This document shows, piece by piece, positions 9,916 through 19,970 of a stretch of DNA of 64,000 bases. Source of the DNA: Nitrospirota bacterium (GTDB lineage: Bacteria; Nitrospirota; Thermodesulfovibrionia; UBA6902); the NCBI GenBank assembly GCA_016213935.1, contig JACQZG010000009.1, positions 647-64,646 of the forward strand. The letters are read 5' to 3'. A model generated the notes under the pieces. It saw nothing but the letters and a program-made list of their open reading frames with translations, had not been told where the DNA came from and ran no database searches. A program made the position numbers and the translations under genes. The first letter of the stretch is position 1; each line of letters starts with the position of its first letter.

Positions 9916-10248
9916 TCATTTCATGGACCTTGCGAGCTCGATGTATTGCTGAGGAGGCATGATTACTTCAAGCCCGAGGCAGAATGAGTCTCCGTGATTT
10001 GTCGATTTGTCGCTGAACCATCTTACCCGGCAGACGAGATTAAGCGCTCTTGAGGAAGGGATCTTCAAAAAAAGTTCGACGATTGTTTCCTTGGTGAAAT
10101 CCTTGACATGTTTAATTGTAGCCGTGACAAAATACAGCCCGTTCTCCGAGATGTCGAGTATCATGCCGGGATAAACCGTGTCACAGCAGAGCAGTTCTCC
10201 TTCAAGAAAGTCGGTAATTCTTTTAGCTCTTCTTCTCTCAGAACTCAA
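9916..10248 (-). CDS. PilZ domain protein (c-di-GMP binding)
   Basis: ERRRAKR and DISENG motifs. Confidence 0.85.
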   Translation of the reverse strand: MSSERRRAKRITDFLEGELLCCDTVYPGMILDISENGLYFVTATIKHVKDFTKETIVELFLKIPSSRALNLVCRVRWFSDKSTNHGDSFCLGLEVIMPPQQYIELARSMK

Positions 10249-10251
10249 AAA

Positions 10252-10986
10252 TCAAAGCCCCCTTATTCTGAATCGGTAATCATGATACCTTAATATTACA
10301 CCACTGATGGTAATTTCATCTACCACAAGACCCGGAATTATTTTTCCGCCCTCACGGAAGACCTGCCCGTTTATGGTGACGATCCTTGATGAAGGGTTGT
10401 TCGAATAAATGTGCCCGGAGATTGCAATCTCCGGAATTTCGCTTCTGACGGATGAAGGAAGTTCATTGAGTTCAACGACAACCGAGGGATCTGCCGGCGG
10501 GGCTTGCTCCGGCACATCCTCATTTTCCGGGTTACTTATCAGAGTTGGAGAGGTTGATGATGTTTCTTCCTGTTTAGTTGATTCTGTATTTTTATCCAAT
10601 TTTATTGGTTCAATGTTCTTCTCAGGATTAATCACGGGATTGTCGGCAGAATATGTTTTTGAGGCTGTCTTTTTGTCCGGCAGGTTATTCTCGGGATAGT
10701 TGATGAACGGCTTGTATTGAGTCACCGCAGGTTCAGTTTTTATGACACGGTTGTTTATATGTTTCTCCGGCAGACTGACAGAGGTCTCTTTTTTAGTTTC
10801 CCAGGGACGGAGCCATAAAACTATCAGCAGGGCGTTTATCAGCAGGGCAGCAGTAATGATATAAGGCCATAACTGTTTTTGCCGCGCCTTCACCTCTATC
10901 TGCGAGTGAACGGTAAGAAGGTTCGGAACAGCGTCTCTCTTGCGGCTCTCCTCAAGTTTTTTTAATCCGTCAAGTATGATTGACAT
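10252..10986 (-). CDS. gspB: General secretion pathway protein B (GspB/ExeB-like)
   Basis: MSIILDGLKKLEE start, one TM, C-terminal ISGHIYSNNPSSRIVTING T2SSB domain; downstream of exeA. Confidence 0.8.
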   Translation of the reverse strand: MSIILDGLKKLEESRKRDAVPNLLTVHSQIEVKARQKQLWPYIITAALLINALLIVLWLRPWETKKETSVSLPEKHINNRVIKTEPAVTQYKPFINYPENNLPDKKTASKTYSADNPVINPEKNIEPIKLDKNTESTKQEETSSTSPTLISNPENEDVPEQAPPADPSVVVELNELPSSVRSEIPEIAISGHIYSNNPSSRIVTINGQVFREGGKIIPGLVVDEITISGVILRYHDYRFRIRGL

Positions 10987-10988
10987 TT

Positions 10989-12602
10989 TTATTTACCGGC
11001 CTTATCCGAAAGTCTCGGCATTTTGTCTGAGGTCGATGATATGAGGCGCATGAATGTCTGCGTTCCGATTATTCCGTCAGGTGTAAGCCCTTTTGCGAAT
11101 TGAAACCTTTTCACTTCGTTTACCACCTCATTATCGTAAACAATATTATCTTTACCGGAGGGTTCTCTCTTATTTATAACCGCGAGTTGCGCGTCAAGCC
11201 ATTTTGCCCGCTTGCCGCGTTCGCCGGGACGTATATCGCCTGAATATCCGGGCGGCGTTTTCCAGAGAAGGGTGTATTCTCCGGGCCAGTGCGATTCTAT
11301 CTCTTCAAGAGATGCCATGATACTTTTTTCTTCGAGAAAAAGCTTGCCCGTTTCTCTGTCTACAGATGTAAGTGTCGCGTAATATTCCCTGCCTTCTTCA
11401 TCAAAAAGCCTGAGTACCGCGGGCAGATTTATTGCCAGAAGATTTTCGAAGTTACCTTGGCCGTTGAGACAATTGAGGCCTTGCGCCTTCGCCTGAAGGC
11501 AAGGGGTCCTGCTGTCATGCTTATCATAACCCGCGCCCCATGCCGTAAAAAGCGATTTAAACGCCGTCTTGAGGCTCTCTTCAGGCTGAATAGAAGGGCG
11601 TTCGAGTTTAACTGTATCAGGTTTTGGCTCATGCGCAACTTCAGCGTTAATCATATTTTCTGTCAGAGTAACAGCGTCAACCGGCTTCTCAGGGAAAATT
11701 CTGTCATATGAAACAGCAAACACAATCGCGAATATCGCGGAGAGCGATGCTCCGAAAAGGAGCGGCATCGTCCATCCAAAAGCCCGGGCTCTCGGCGCGT
11801 CAAGAACCTCTTTCGCCGCTTTATCAATTGTCCTCTTATTAACCGTCTGCCTGCCTAATGCAAATGTCCCCAAGAGCGCCCTGTCGCACAATAAATTGAT
11901 GATGCGGGGGATTCCTTTGCTCAGGCTGTAGAGCCTGTCAATCGCCGGTTGAGGGAAGACTTCTCTCTCGAGGCCTGCTATGGAGAGACGGTGTTTTACA
12001 TAGGCGCTGATATCTTTTTTTGAAAGCGGGCCGAGATGGTATCGGGCTATTATCCTCTGGGAAAGCTGCCTCAGCTCCGGCCTTGAGAGTTTTTCGCGAA
12101 GTTCAGGCTGGCCTAAAAGTATTATCTGAAGCAGTTTCTTCTGGCTGGTCTCGAGGTTGGTAAGAAGCCTTAGTTGTTCAAGCACGTCGGGGCTGAGGTT
12201 CTGCGCTTCGTCTATAATGAGCACCGCTTTTTTATCGCGGGAGTGGGTATCGAGCAGATAAGCGTTTATGAGGTCAGTGAAGGCCTTGTTGCTCGGGTTC
12301 TCTTTATTGTATTTGATTCCAAACTCATCACATATGGTCTCTAACAGTTCATTGACCGAGAGCTTTGGGTTGAATATAAATGCTATAGAGGCGTTTTCGG
12401 GTATTTTTTCGAGCAGGCAGCGGCAGACCGTGGTCTTTCCCGTTCCAACCTCTCCAGTGAGGAGGACAAAGCCGCCGAAGCTGTTAAACCCGTATACGAG
12501 GTGCGCCAGGGCCTCGCGGTGCTGTTCGCTCATGTAGAGATAGCGGGGGTCAGGCGCTATTGAAAACGGCTGTTCCCTGAAACCGAAATATTCCTTATAC
12601 AT
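10989..12602 (-). CDS. exeA: ExeA/GspA AAA ATPase with C-terminal peptidoglycan-binding domain
   Basis: MYKEYFG..PFSIAPDPRYLY, GEVGTGKT, IIDEAQ, GIPRIIN, VKRFQ..GLTPDGIIG. Confidence 0.9.
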   Translation of the reverse strand: MYKEYFGFREQPFSIAPDPRYLYMSEQHREALAHLVYGFNSFGGFVLLTGEVGTGKTTVCRCLLEKIPENASIAFIFNPKLSVNELLETICDEFGIKYNKENPSNKAFTDLINAYLLDTHSRDKKAVLIIDEAQNLSPDVLEQLRLLTNLETSQKKLLQIILLGQPELREKLSRPELRQLSQRIIARYHLGPLSKKDISAYVKHRLSIAGLEREVFPQPAIDRLYSLSKGIPRIINLLCDRALLGTFALGRQTVNKRTIDKAAKEVLDAPRARAFGWTMPLLFGASLSAIFAIVFAVSYDRIFPEKPVDAVTLTENMINAEVAHEPKPDTVKLERPSIQPEESLKTAFKSLFTAWGAGYDKHDSRTPCLQAKAQGLNCLNGQGNFENLLAINLPAVLRLFDEEGREYYATLTSVDRETGKLFLEEKSIMASLEEIESHWPGEYTLLWKTPPGYSGDIRPGERGKRAKWLDAQLAVINKREPSGKDNIVYDNEVVNEVKRFQFAKGLTPDGIIGTQTFMRLISSTSDKMPRLSDKAGK

Positions 12603-12733
12603 GGCCTTCAAAAAGCATTTGTATAAGAGTATTACATGTGCGGCACAAAATACAACAGGAGAGGCGCGGATTTGTTGAAGTGATCGTTCCGGAAGGCGAG
12701 AAAACGGATGATCAGATACAGGTTCCCGGTGAT

Positions 12734-12955
12734 TCACATAAAAACTTTTCCGTCTTCATCAGTGAAAAACACATGGCGCCTGTTCATGACCATTCTTCTT
12801 TTAAGATGCCTTCTCTGCGGGCCGGCATAGTCAGGGTTTTTCCACACCCTTCTTCTGTCCCTGCGTGTCCTCCTGTCAAAAACGCGCTTGTCTTTCAAAG
12901 GGCAGAGCTTTCCTGCTATCCAGCCGAGTTCGTTTCTGTCTTCAGGGGAGTTCAT
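12734..12955 (-). CDS. Small Arg-rich hypothetical protein (DRR repeats)
   Basis: Overlaps stop of upstream ORF; DRRTRRDRRR..YAGPQRR motif. Confidence 0.45.
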   Translation of the reverse strand: MNSPEDRNELGWIAGKLCPLKDKRVFDRRTRRDRRRVWKNPDYAGPQRRHLKRRMVMNRRHVFFTDEDGKVFM

Positions 12956-13269
12956 GTCTCATCATCCTTTCTTCTTTCCGTTATTCTTTTTTCTTCATGA
13001 TTTTCCGGAGGGTTGACAATATCGTTTTTCCTTCTTTCGTCTCTTCTCCTATCGTAAAATCTTTCGACAATTTTATCGTCAATATCTATGTATTTAGTCT
13101 TCCTTCTGTTGCGAAACCTTCTCTCATGCCCTTTGTAATGGCCTTTCATGCCGGGTCTTCTCCTGTCATGAAGGGTCCTTCTGTCAGGGCGGCGGCGGCC
13201 GTCGATGCTCATGAAGGCCTTACCTTTTATTATTTCCGCTGCGCCTTCTTTCTCTTTTTCTGAATCCAT
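12952..13269 (-). CDS. Small Arg-rich hypothetical protein (DRR/ERR repeats)
   Basis: DRRTLHDRRR, YKGHERR, DRRRDERR repeats. Confidence 0.5.
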   Translation of the reverse strand: MDSEKEKEGAAEIIKGKAFMSIDGRRRPDRRTLHDRRRPGMKGHYKGHERRFRNRRKTKYIDIDDKIVERFYDRRRDERRKNDIVNPPENHEEKRITERRKDDET

Positions 13270-13378
13270 GAGTTTGCCTTTTAAATTATTTAAATAATTT
13301 TACCATAAATACAATATGAGTCAACATAAAAACAGTAATAATTTTGTATACTACATCATAGTCTTGGGTTAAATAAAT

Positions 13379-14038
13379 ATGAATCTCAAGCTGGATAACA
13401 TCCAGGTAAGGATACTTGCCTCTCTGATTGAAAAAAAGATAACGACTCCTGAGTATTATCCATTGACCCTGAAGTCTCTGACCGCGGCATGCAATCAGAA
13501 GTCAAACCGCTATCCCGTGGTTTCTTATGATGAAGATACAGTTTTAAGAGGGCTTGAAAGCCTGCATAAAGCCGGGCTCATCGAAAAGATATACAAGGCG
13601 GAGAGCCGTGTTCCAAAGTATCAGCACCTCTTTACAGAGGCCTTTCCATGTACCCGGGGGGAAGTCGCTATATTGTGCGAATTGATGCTTCGCAGAGGGC
13701 AGACGTGCGGCGAGCTGCGCGGCCGGACTGAAAGGCTTTATCGGTTCGGGGGCGTAATCGAGGTGGAGGAGGCATTAAACGCCTTAATGAGCCGTGATGA
13801 GCCTGCCGTCGTTAAACTGCCTCGTCAGCCCGGAAGAAAGGAGCAGAGATATATGCATCTTTTTTCGGAATTGTCCGCGGATGTTATTCAGGATAATGCC
13901 CCTCTTGACGATGGCGCCGCTCAAGCCGTCACGGACGATGCGAGAATCTCAATCCTTGAAGATAAGATAATTAAACTTTCAGGCGAGGTTGAGGCGTTGA
14001 GGAAGGTTTTTGAGGAGTTCAGGGCTGAGTTCGGGTGA
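13379..14038 (+). CDS. YceH / DUF480 family protein
   Basis: LIEK..TTPEYYPLTL.SL..ACNQKSNR.PV and LPRQPGRKEQRYMHL. Confidence 0.9.
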   Translation: MNLKLDNIQVRILASLIEKKITTPEYYPLTLKSLTAACNQKSNRYPVVSYDEDTVLRGLESLHKAGLIEKIYKAESRVPKYQHLFTEAFPCTRGEVAILCELMLRRGQTCGELRGRTERLYRFGGVIEVEEALNALMSRDEPAVVKLPRQPGRKEQRYMHLFSELSADVIQDNAPLDDGAAQAVTDDARISILEDKIIKLSGEVEALRKVFEEFRAEFG

Positions 14039-14139
14039 CAGGAATCAACCTTTTGGGGTTCATTGTTTTGGCCAAAAAATATATGTTATACTTAAATAAC
14101 GAAGAAATTTTATTTCAATCAAATCGTAAAAGGAGACGC

Positions 14140-14889
14140 ATGATGAGAAGAATATTGACGTTATCGACACTGATTTTAACTTCTGTTTTTTTAGTTTCAG
14201 TCAATATCGGGTGTGACAGTTCAAAAAAGACGACTGAACCGCAGCAACAGCAGCAGACAAAGCCGGCCACAGGCCCTATCACGAAGGAAACGCACCCGAG
14301 TATTTCGGGCAAAGTCGTTGAGACGATGAACAGCGGAGGTTATACTTATGTAAGGCTCCAGAAGGACGGCAAAGACACCTGGGTCGCCATTAACGAGGCA
14401 AAGATAGAGATCGGGGCGGAGATGGCATTTTATCCGGGTGATGTGATGAACAATTTTACAAGCAAAACGCTTAACCGCACCTTTGACAGCGTTATCTTTT
14501 CACCGGGGGTAGTTGGACAGGAGGCAAATACAACCCCTCCTTTTATGAGCAAAGGCGCGATTAAGACAGAGATACAGGATGTTAAGGTTGAAAAGGCTGC
14601 CGGTTCAGATGCCTACACAATAAATGAGCTCTACCAGAAGAAGGATACTCTTAATAAGAAGACTGTCACTGTAAAGGGAATGGTTGTGAAGGTCTCGACA
14701 GGGATCATGGGCAAGAACTGGGTTCATATTCAGGATGGCACCGCAAAGGATGACCTTGTCGTGACAACTGATACTGTTCCTCTTGAAGGCTCTGTGGTTA
14801 CGGTAAAAGGAACTTTAAGCAAAGACAAGGATTTCGGTGCCGGCTATGTTTATGCCGTATTGATTGAGGATGCGGCGATATCAAAATAG
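14140..14889 (+). CDS. Lipoprotein with tandem OB-fold domains
   Basis: AGGAG RBS, signal with IGC lipobox-like motif, GKVVETMNSGGYTY and IMGKNWVHIQDG motifs. Confidence 0.7.
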   Translation: MMRRILTLSTLILTSVFLVSVNIGCDSSKKTTEPQQQQQTKPATGPITKETHPSISGKVVETMNSGGYTYVRLQKDGKDTWVAINEAKIEIGAEMAFYPGDVMNNFTSKTLNRTFDSVIFSPGVVGQEANTTPPFMSKGAIKTEIQDVKVEKAAGSDAYTINELYQKKDTLNKKTVTVKGMVVKVSTGIMGKNWVHIQDGTAKDDLVVTTDTVPLEGSVVTVKGTLSKDKDFGAGYVYAVLIEDAAISK

Positions 14890-14910
14890 GATTTTTGCAT
14901 AAGATCACTA

Positions 14911-14943
14911 AAGCCCCTTACTCGCCGTAAGGGGCTTTTTTTG
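14911..14943 (+). terminator. Rho-independent terminator
   Basis: AAGCCCCTTAC-tcgcc-GTAAGGGGCTT hairpin followed by T run. Confidence 0.85.
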
Positions 14944-14998
14944 TGCCTTGCGAACCTGTCTTAATGTATAATGAACAATAAATTCGAGGGGAATTTGA

Positions 14999-15724
14999 GT
15001 GAATATTAATTTTGGAAGCTGGACAAAGGAAAAGATCGATGAAATCCTTGCCGAAGCGTCAGGCATCGCCAATCAGGGTGAACGGATAATGTTTGTTTCC
15101 GGGTTATTTATCGGGGCACCTTATAAAGCAGGTACTCTTGGAGGAGGGAATGTTAAGGCTGAAGAACTGATTATTGACCTCGAAGGCGTCGACAGCTTTA
15201 CATATCTGGATTATGTAGAGGCGATGAGGATATCTGATGCCTTCTCTGAATTTATCGGGAATCTTGGGAGGGTAAGATACAGGGGAGGGGAGATATCATT
15301 CAGGCAGAGGAATCATTTTTTTACAGACTGGAGAGAATACAACGCGGGACTGGTAAGAGATATAACAAAAGAGATAGGGGGCAGGACGGCTGAAAAGACG
15401 GTAAAACATCTTAACAGGAGAGATGACGGCACTTTTATCCTTGACGGCCTTGAACCTGTCTGGCGGGATATCGTGTATATTCCTGCGGGCAATATCGACA
15501 CCTTTCTGCGTGGCGAACTGCGGACAGGCGATTATATCGGCATATATTCGAACGCGGCGGGGCTTGATGTTTCACACGTCGGGATAATCATAAAGTCAGA
15601 TGATATTTTTTTAAGGCATGCGTCGTCAGACAAGGGAAAAGTTGTTGACGAGAGTTTCAGTGAATATATCGCAGGCAAGCCGGGGATTATTGTGTTACGG
15701 GCTGTGGCGGGACAGGGCAAATGA
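14999..15724 (+). CDS. DUF1460 / AmiA-like NlpC/P60 peptidoglycan amidase homolog (catalytic Cys appears as Ser)
   Basis: GAPYKAGTL, VDSFTYLDYVEA, RNHFFTDW, GLDVSHVG, RHASS motifs. Confidence 0.8.
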   Translation: MNINFGSWTKEKIDEILAEASGIANQGERIMFVSGLFIGAPYKAGTLGGGNVKAEELIIDLEGVDSFTYLDYVEAMRISDAFSEFIGNLGRVRYRGGEISFRQRNHFFTDWREYNAGLVRDITKEIGGRTAEKTVKHLNRRDDGTFILDGLEPVWRDIVYIPAGNIDTFLRGELRTGDYIGIYSNAAGLDVSHVGIIIKSDDIFLRHASSDKGKVVDESFSEYIAGKPGIIVLRAVAGQGK

Positions 15725-15882
15725 AAAAATGCATTTTGATACAATAAGCGCAGCCTTCGTGAGCAAGACGGTTATTATTATGGCGAACGGTTCCGGAAAT
15801 TCAGAAACGACTTTCAATAAAGCCATCGAATTATGTTTTTTTGAATTTGTATTGTCCGGCCATCATCGGAACAGGTATTTTC

Positions 15883-17106
15883 ATGCACATTTTTAAAACC
15901 ATCTTCAGCCGCAGGATGCTCGTCTCTTTTGTAATGGGCTTTGCCTGCGGCCTGCCGCTTCTTTTAACGATAACAGTGCTTCAGGCATGGATGAAAGAAG
16001 AGGGCGTTGATTTGACAGTGATAGGAGCAATGTCCCTTGTCGGGCTTCCCTACACCATAAAATTCCTCTGGGCGCCTCTTGTGGACCGGTTTACTTTCCC
16101 GTTCTTCGGGAGGAGGCGCGGATGGCTTATTGTTTTTCAAATTGTGCTGACGTGTTCGATCATATTGCTTGGGTTAAGCAACCCGAAGAATATCTGGATG
16201 ATCGCAGCCGCGGCTTTTTTAGTTACGTTCTTCAGTGCGTCACAGGACATCGTTGTTGACGCCTACAGACGGGAAGACCTTGCAGACGCTGAATTGGGTT
16301 TGGGGTCTTCGCTTTATGTTAACGGATACCGCGTCGGGATGCTGTTTGCTTCAGGCGGCGGGCTGATCATGGCTGACCACATCTCCTTTTCAACAGTTTA
16401 CTTTATCATGGCGGCATGCATGCTGCCGGGCATAGCAACAACTCTGCTGACTCCTGAACCTGTGCTTTCTGCTGGAACACCAAAGAATTTGAAAGAGGCG
16501 GTGCTGGATCCTCTCATCGAATATTTCTCCAGGCAGGGCGCATTGTGGATGCTTGCCTTCATCCTTTTCTACAAGATCGGCGACACTATGGCAAGCGCGA
16601 TGACAACGCCGTTCTATCTGGACATCGGGTTTTCGAAAACAGAGATCGGAACAGTAGTAAAATTATTCGGCTTCTGGGCTACTGTCATCGGAAGCTTGAT
16701 AGGCGGTGTTATGATGCTGCGTCTCGGAATCAACCGCTCTCTCTGGATATTCGGTTTTCTGCAGGCGATTTCAACGGCAGGTTTTGTCCTGCTTGCGAAA
16801 ATCGGCTACAGCATACCGATGCTTGCCGGAGTGATCGTGTTTGAGAATTTAAGCGGAGGAATGGGAACAGCAGCCTATGTCGCTTTCATGGGCAGCATCA
16901 CGAATAAAAAATTTACCGCTACACAATACGCCCTGCTAAGCAGCCTGATGGGAGTTCCGCGTGTTCTGGCATCAGCGCCGACCGGCTACATGGCAAAGCA
17001 GATAGGGTGGACAGGGTTTTTTATTGCGTGCACGTTGATTGCGGTTCCGGGGATGCTGCTTCTGCTGAAGTTTGCTCCATGGAAAGAGTCAGTTAAAACT
17101 CTTTAA
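15883..17106 (+). CDS. ampG: Muropeptide MFS permease AmpG
   Basis: GFACGLP, KFLWAPLVD, GRRRGW, SASQDIVVDAYR, TATQYALLSS. Confidence 0.92.
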   Translation: MHIFKTIFSRRMLVSFVMGFACGLPLLLTITVLQAWMKEEGVDLTVIGAMSLVGLPYTIKFLWAPLVDRFTFPFFGRRRGWLIVFQIVLTCSIILLGLSNPKNIWMIAAAAFLVTFFSASQDIVVDAYRREDLADAELGLGSSLYVNGYRVGMLFASGGGLIMADHISFSTVYFIMAACMLPGIATTLLTPEPVLSAGTPKNLKEAVLDPLIEYFSRQGALWMLAFILFYKIGDTMASAMTTPFYLDIGFSKTEIGTVVKLFGFWATVIGSLIGGVMMLRLGINRSLWIFGFLQAISTAGFVLLAKIGYSIPMLAGVIVFENLSGGMGTAAYVAFMGSITNKKFTATQYALLSSLMGVPRVLASAPTGYMAKQIGWTGFFIACTLIAVPGMLLLLKFAPWKESVKTL

Positions 17107-17175
17107 TATCAATATATTGCTTATATGGCATAAAGCTTTACATTAAGTCCATCTTTCACTATAATTTTAATAAAG

Positions 17176-17874
17176 ATGAGGAGTTGCTCTCAGAATAAAT
17201 ATTTCATTGCCACAGCAGTCATCTTATTTTTAACCGCTGTCTTATCTTCCTGCGCTGTCATAAAGGCTCCTTACACTATTACTAAAGGAGTTGTTAAGGG
17301 AACATATTACGCCGTGAAAGGCACGTATGAACTGACAGCGGGCACAACAAAGCTTGTCTATAAAATCGGTGAATTCACTTTCAATGTTGTGCGCGCCCCG
17401 CTTGACTGGCCTCTACTGAACAATGAAATAGAGACGATAGACGGACTTCCCGTTAAGGAAGCGATACGTCAGGGAAAGGTAAAAAATTCACCGTATGTTG
17501 TAAAGGGTAAGAAATATTATCCCATGACTGTTGAAATGGCAAAGACATATAACGAAGTCGGAATCGCCTCATGGTACGGGTATGAGACGAGAAATAAAAA
17601 GTTCGGGTACATGACCGCGAATGGAGAAGCATTCAACCCTGAAGAATTGACCGCCGCACACAAATATCTTCCCCTGCCGATAAATGTCAAGGTTACAAAT
17701 CTTGAGAATAAGAGATCGATTGTCGTAAGGGTAAATGACAGAGGGCCTTTCCCGAGCGACCATAACCCTGATTCAGGCAAGAGGATAATAGACTTGAGCA
17801 TGGGCGCGGCAAAACGGCTCGGGTTCTACGAGAAGGGCGTCGCAAAAGTGAGAGTTGAAGTGGTAGGGCTGTGA
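17176..17874 (+). CDS. rlpA: RlpA-family lytic transglycosylase lipoprotein
   Basis: LSSC lipobox, GIASWYG, TAAHKYLP, VRVNDRGP, RIIDLS. Confidence 0.85.
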   Translation: MRSCSQNKYFIATAVILFLTAVLSSCAVIKAPYTITKGVVKGTYYAVKGTYELTAGTTKLVYKIGEFTFNVVRAPLDWPLLNNEIETIDGLPVKEAIRQGKVKNSPYVVKGKKYYPMTVEMAKTYNEVGIASWYGYETRNKKFGYMTANGEAFNPEELTAAHKYLPLPINVKVTNLENKRSIVVRVNDRGPFPSDHNPDSGKRIIDLSMGAAKRLGFYEKGVAKVRVEVVGL

Positions 17875-17887
17875 GATATAACTTCAG

Positions 17888-18517
17888 CTATTTAAACGCA
17901 TACCCTTTTTTAAAGAGCTTTGAACATATTTCGACTACCTCAGGGTCAAAGAGTATCCCGCTGTTTTTTGCAATCTCTTCCAATGCCACGTCAACTCCGT
18001 GCGCGGGGCGGTAGGGGCGGTGAGACGCGATTGCCTCAAATACATCCGCAACTGCCATGATCTTTACCTCGATTATCAGTTCATCTCCCGATAGGCCGTT
18101 CGGATAGCCGCTTCCGTTTATTCTTTCATGATGCTGCAGGACAATGTTTGCAACAGGCCACGGGAAATCAATATCTTTCAGTATGTCATATCCTATCTGT
18201 GTGTGCGTCTTTATAAGGGCAAACTCTATATCAGTAAGTTTACTCGGTTTACTCAGTATTTCAGCCGGAATGGATATTTTTCCGATATCATGAATTGATC
18301 CTCCGATCCGAATCCCGTCGATCTGTTTTTCGGGCAAGCCCATTTCCGTGGCGATGGTTCTTGACAGGTCCGCGACGCGCCTCTGGTGGCCGGCTGTATA
18401 AGGGTCCCTTGTTTCGATCATTCGTGAAATAGCCTCGATCGTGCAGTCAAGAGATTTGCGCAGTTTCTCAAGCGTCGTCTGAAGTATCTCATCTTTGTCT
18501 TTGTCCGTTTTTTTCAT
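17888..18517 (-). CDS. HD-GYP domain c-di-GMP phosphodiesterase
   Basis: DPYTAGHQRRV, HDIGK, HHERINGSGYP, HRPYR; start uncertain (18517 or 18568). Confidence 0.88.
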   Translation of the reverse strand: MKKTDKDKDEILQTTLEKLRKSLDCTIEAISRMIETRDPYTAGHQRRVADLSRTIATEMGLPEKQIDGIRIGGSIHDIGKISIPAEILSKPSKLTDIEFALIKTHTQIGYDILKDIDFPWPVANIVLQHHERINGSGYPNGLSGDELIIEVKIMAVADVFEAIASHRPYRPAHGVDVALEEIAKNSGILFDPEVVEICSKLFKKGYAFK

Positions 18518-18643
18518 AACGTCATATAAGAGAGCGCACCTTTGCGGCTGTCTGCAATAATATATCACATGCTGTCTTAATAGAAAAGAAAAAAAATATG
18601 ATGAGAGGTGAGAAAAATCTCAATCAGGAAAGTTACCAGTGTA

Positions 18644-19963
18644 CTAAGAGCTTTGTATCTTCTTTTGCCATCTTTTGGCTTTTTCAAGAATTGCTTCTTC
18701 GTTTGCTGTCATGAGTTCGCCTTTGTCAATGAGAATTTTGCCGTTGACCATTACGGTCTCTATATCCGACGGCCTCATGGAGTAGGCGATATGAGAATAG
18801 ATATCGTAAATAGGAAGGAGGTGCGGCCTGTTGAGAGATGCAATAACGAGGTCAGCCCTTTTGCCCGGTTTGATGGAGCCTGTAATCTCTCCGAGGCCGA
18901 TTATTTCAGCGCCGGCCTTCGTTGCCATGAGCAATGCTGTTTTGCTGTTGACGACTGTGGGGTCAGAAGATACAGCCTTATGTACTTTGGCGGCAGTGGA
19001 GAGTTCTCCAAGTATGTTAAGGTCATTGTTGCTGGCGGCGCCGTCTGTCCCGAGGCCTACAGTTATTCCAGCCTTAAGGAGTTTGGGCACAGGCGCAAAA
19101 CCCGATGCCAGCTTCAGGTTGCTCTCAATACAATGGGCAACGCCTACCTTTTTCTTAGCGAGGATATCGATGTCATTATCCGTCAGCCAGACGCAGTGCG
19201 CTGCTGAGACTCTTTCGGAAAGGAAACCTATGGAGTCAAGGTGCTCGACAGGTGTTTTGCCAAATCTCTGACGGCATTGGGCGACTTCAAACTCTGTCTC
19301 GGCGAGATGAGTATGAAGCCTGACACCGTATTTTTCAGCGAGTTCTCTGGCGCGCGTGTAATTTTCAGGGCTGCAGGTGAATGTGGCGTGCGGAGCTACT
19401 GCAGTTGTAACCAGTTCATTGCCCTTCCAGTTTCTGATATGTTCCTCAGCCTTTCTGAAATAATCATCAGGGCCTTGAGAATAATCTTTCCAGGGGAAGT
19501 CTATAATCCCGGAGCCGAGAACAGCCCTCATTCCAATTGAAGTAAGCTTTTCGCCCGCGATATTTTCATAGAAGTACATGTCGTTGAAGGTGGTAACTCC
19601 TCCTTTCAGCATCTCGAGGCAGGCGAGTTCAACCGCGTCTCCGACGAATTCGGCGGAAAGCCACTTCATCTCATTCGGCCAAATATGTTTTTCAAGCCAT
19701 TCCTGAAGGGGCAGGTCGTCTGCTATGCCCCTAAAATAAACCATCGCGGCATGAGTATGAGTATTGACGAAGCCCGGGAATATTACCTTTTCTGTACCGT
19801 CAGTGACATTGCTTGAAGAGTATTTTTTGGAGATATCGGAGAAAGCCCCTGCAGCGGCAATATCCGTGCCTGATACGGCAACTGCTCCGTCATTGATGAT
19901 GCTCAGGTCGCCCTCCATTGTAAGGAGGTAATCGGCTTTGATTATGTGGTCAACTTTTAGCAT
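18644..19963 (-). CDS. mtaD: 5-methylthioadenosine/S-adenosylhomocysteine deaminase
   Basis: PGFVNTHTH, FRGIADDLPL..WL, HTHLAET, SNLKLASG, GTDGAASNN. Confidence 0.85.
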   Translation of the reverse strand: MLKVDHIIKADYLLTMEGDLSIINDGAVAVSGTDIAAAGAFSDISKKYSSSNVTDGTEKVIFPGFVNTHTHAAMVYFRGIADDLPLQEWLEKHIWPNEMKWLSAEFVGDAVELACLEMLKGGVTTFNDMYFYENIAGEKLTSIGMRAVLGSGIIDFPWKDYSQGPDDYFRKAEEHIRNWKGNELVTTAVAPHATFTCSPENYTRARELAEKYGVRLHTHLAETEFEVAQCRQRFGKTPVEHLDSIGFLSERVSAAHCVWLTDNDIDILAKKKVGVAHCIESNLKLASGFAPVPKLLKAGITVGLGTDGAASNNDLNILGELSTAAKVHKAVSSDPTVVNSKTALLMATKAGAEIIGLGEITGSIKPGKRADLVIASLNRPHLLPIYDIYSHIAYSMRPSDIETVMVNGKILIDKGELMTANEEAILEKAKRWQKKIQSS

Positions 19964-19970
19964 ATTATGC

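Noticed and set aside
10252..12602. Complete type II secretion system
   Set aside because: Only exeA/gspB are present; no secretin, GspE or pseudopilins in the window
14242..14256. Poly-Gln CAG microsatellite as a phase-variation site
   Set aside because: Only five codons, mixed CAG/CAA, in-frame within a linker
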